Source: Nemertoderma westbladi
Lineage: Eukaryota > Animalia > Xenacoelomorpha
Length of the DNA stretch: 64,000 nt
Assembly: GCA_032718475.1 (NCBI GenBank)
Contig: JAUCBJ010007049.1
Span: 49,061-113,060 of the forward strand
Direction of reading: 5' to 3'
Part shown: positions 62,443 to 64,000 of the stretch, one piece after another
Layout of the letters: the number at the start of each line of letters is the position of its first letter
Position numbering within the stretch: position 1 is the stretch's first letter
The notes under the pieces: generated by a model
Told to the model about the DNA's origin: nothing
The model's input: only the letters and a program-made list of their open reading frames with translations
Databases searched by the model: none
Position numbers and translations under genes: made by a program

Positions 62443-63642
62443 TGTGCAATTATAAGTTAACTTTTTATGACAAAATAATACTGTAAATCCCTCTGTGGAA
62501 ATGATAAAACAAAATGGGTACAATTATTTCGACCAAATTAAATAAGACTGATGATATTTGAAGGGTTAAGTATACTAATCAATCAGTTTATATTAAAAAG
62601 ATGCACTGGGGAGGAACTTATTGGACGCAGCCTCGCTATTATAATAAAGTTGTTGGAGGAGGACTGGTAGAGGCGCTGGTACCAAATACACACGGAGTGG
62701 TGAGAGAATTGTCCGACTCTCGAGTGGAGTTTTATTAAATCGCAGCTTGAAAAAGTTTACAGGGAATTTATAAATAAAGTTGATTTAATTCAGAAATTTC
62801 TTCCTCTCTTTTTACTCGACCAACGAACTTTAAACATTTCGTTGACAAATAGAGCTAATCTAAACTACACATAGCCACGTCTAAAATACACTAAAAGGAT
62901 AACTTATTAATGTTACATAAACAGAGTTTACAAATGAGTTTAGAATCAATTACTTATGGCTATTATATGTAATATTAAAGGTGAATTAATTTGGAGCCCG
63001 CGCACTGTAATATAACACTATGTAATATAATTCACACCTTCATATGAATTAGAATCTCGGGGTCTTCTAACTTAGGAGATTAAAGGACCCTGAATTAGCA
63101 GATAAAGAGCGCCAATCTACAGAAACGAGTTGGAAATCCTGGGCGCTATTATACAGCTAGACAGGTGGAGACGGAGTTTTCCATATCCACATCGATATAA
63201 ACAAACGCTTACTCTATATACCCTTTTACAGATTTTACAGGCTTTACTAGCCTACATTCAATTCAATATCTTATAACCCAACCCGAACACATCCCCATTC
63301 ATATATTACATATATAATTATTTGATCACAATAATAATATCCCGAGTTTGTGTTTGAAAATGTTATGATAAGAAAGTTCGGTAAGCCATCCACGTTGTAT
63401 TTATAAATAGTTTTAAATTAATTATATGTATTTAACAATAATTATTACAACTAACTTTAAATCATTTACCAGTAGCACATCAAACAGAGATATTCTTACA
63501 ACATTAACAAAATGTACCATTAAACCTTTAGTTTCATTTTCTATATAATGAAATGAAAAGGAGACGGAATTATTCGCCAAAAGACACGTAAGTTTCAAAT
63601 ACAGCTGATTAGACAGCCAGATAGTTTATGTTAAGAAGAAAA

Positions 63643-64000
63643 ATAACCAGAGCTCAACCAGGACTCAACTCACTCCACCAATAACCAGAGCTCAACCAGG
63701 ACTCAACTCACTCCACCAATAACCAGAGCTCAACCAGGACTCAACTCACTCCACCAATAACCAGAGCTCAACCAGGACTCAACTCACTCCACCAATAACC
63801 AGAGCTCAACCAGGACTCAACTCACTCCACCAATAACCAGAGCTCAACCAGGACTCAACTCACTCCACCAATAACCAGAGCTCAACCAGGACTCAACTCA
63901 CTCCACCAATAACCAGAGCTCAACCAGGACTCAACTCACTCCCCCAATAACCAGAGCTCAACCAGGACTCAACTCACTCCACCAATAACCAGAGCTCAAC
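63643..64000. repeat. 38-bp tandem repeat running off the window end
   Basis: AATAACCAGAGCTCAACCAGGACTCAACTCACTCCACC, at least 9 copies. Confidence 0.97.

Overview
Repeat-rich eukaryotic DNA, most likely from an invertebrate animal; no prokaryotic features, rRNA or CRISPR were found. Bases 1-29.4k are a nested stack of LTR retrotransposons: a near-complete BEL/Pao element (+) with an extra zinc-knuckle ORF in the env position, a second truncated BEL/Pao gag-pro (-), and several LTRs or fragments of a related, probably Ty3/Gypsy-type, group. Bases 29.9-64k hold host genes (SYNJ2BP/OMP25-like, PRELI/slowmo-like, a four-exon gene with CSPP1-type motifs, a small secreted 12-Cys peptide) among MITEs, SINE/LINE fragments and large satellites. 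The main candidate new system is in the first BEL/Pao element: a conserved 20-nt stem-loop with a YGYG loop recurs about every 2-2.5 kb, only in linker or UTR regions and in different reading frames, alongside a putatively spliced accessory CCHC/RG-rich RNA-binding protein. All calls are by eye; no database search or folding program was run.
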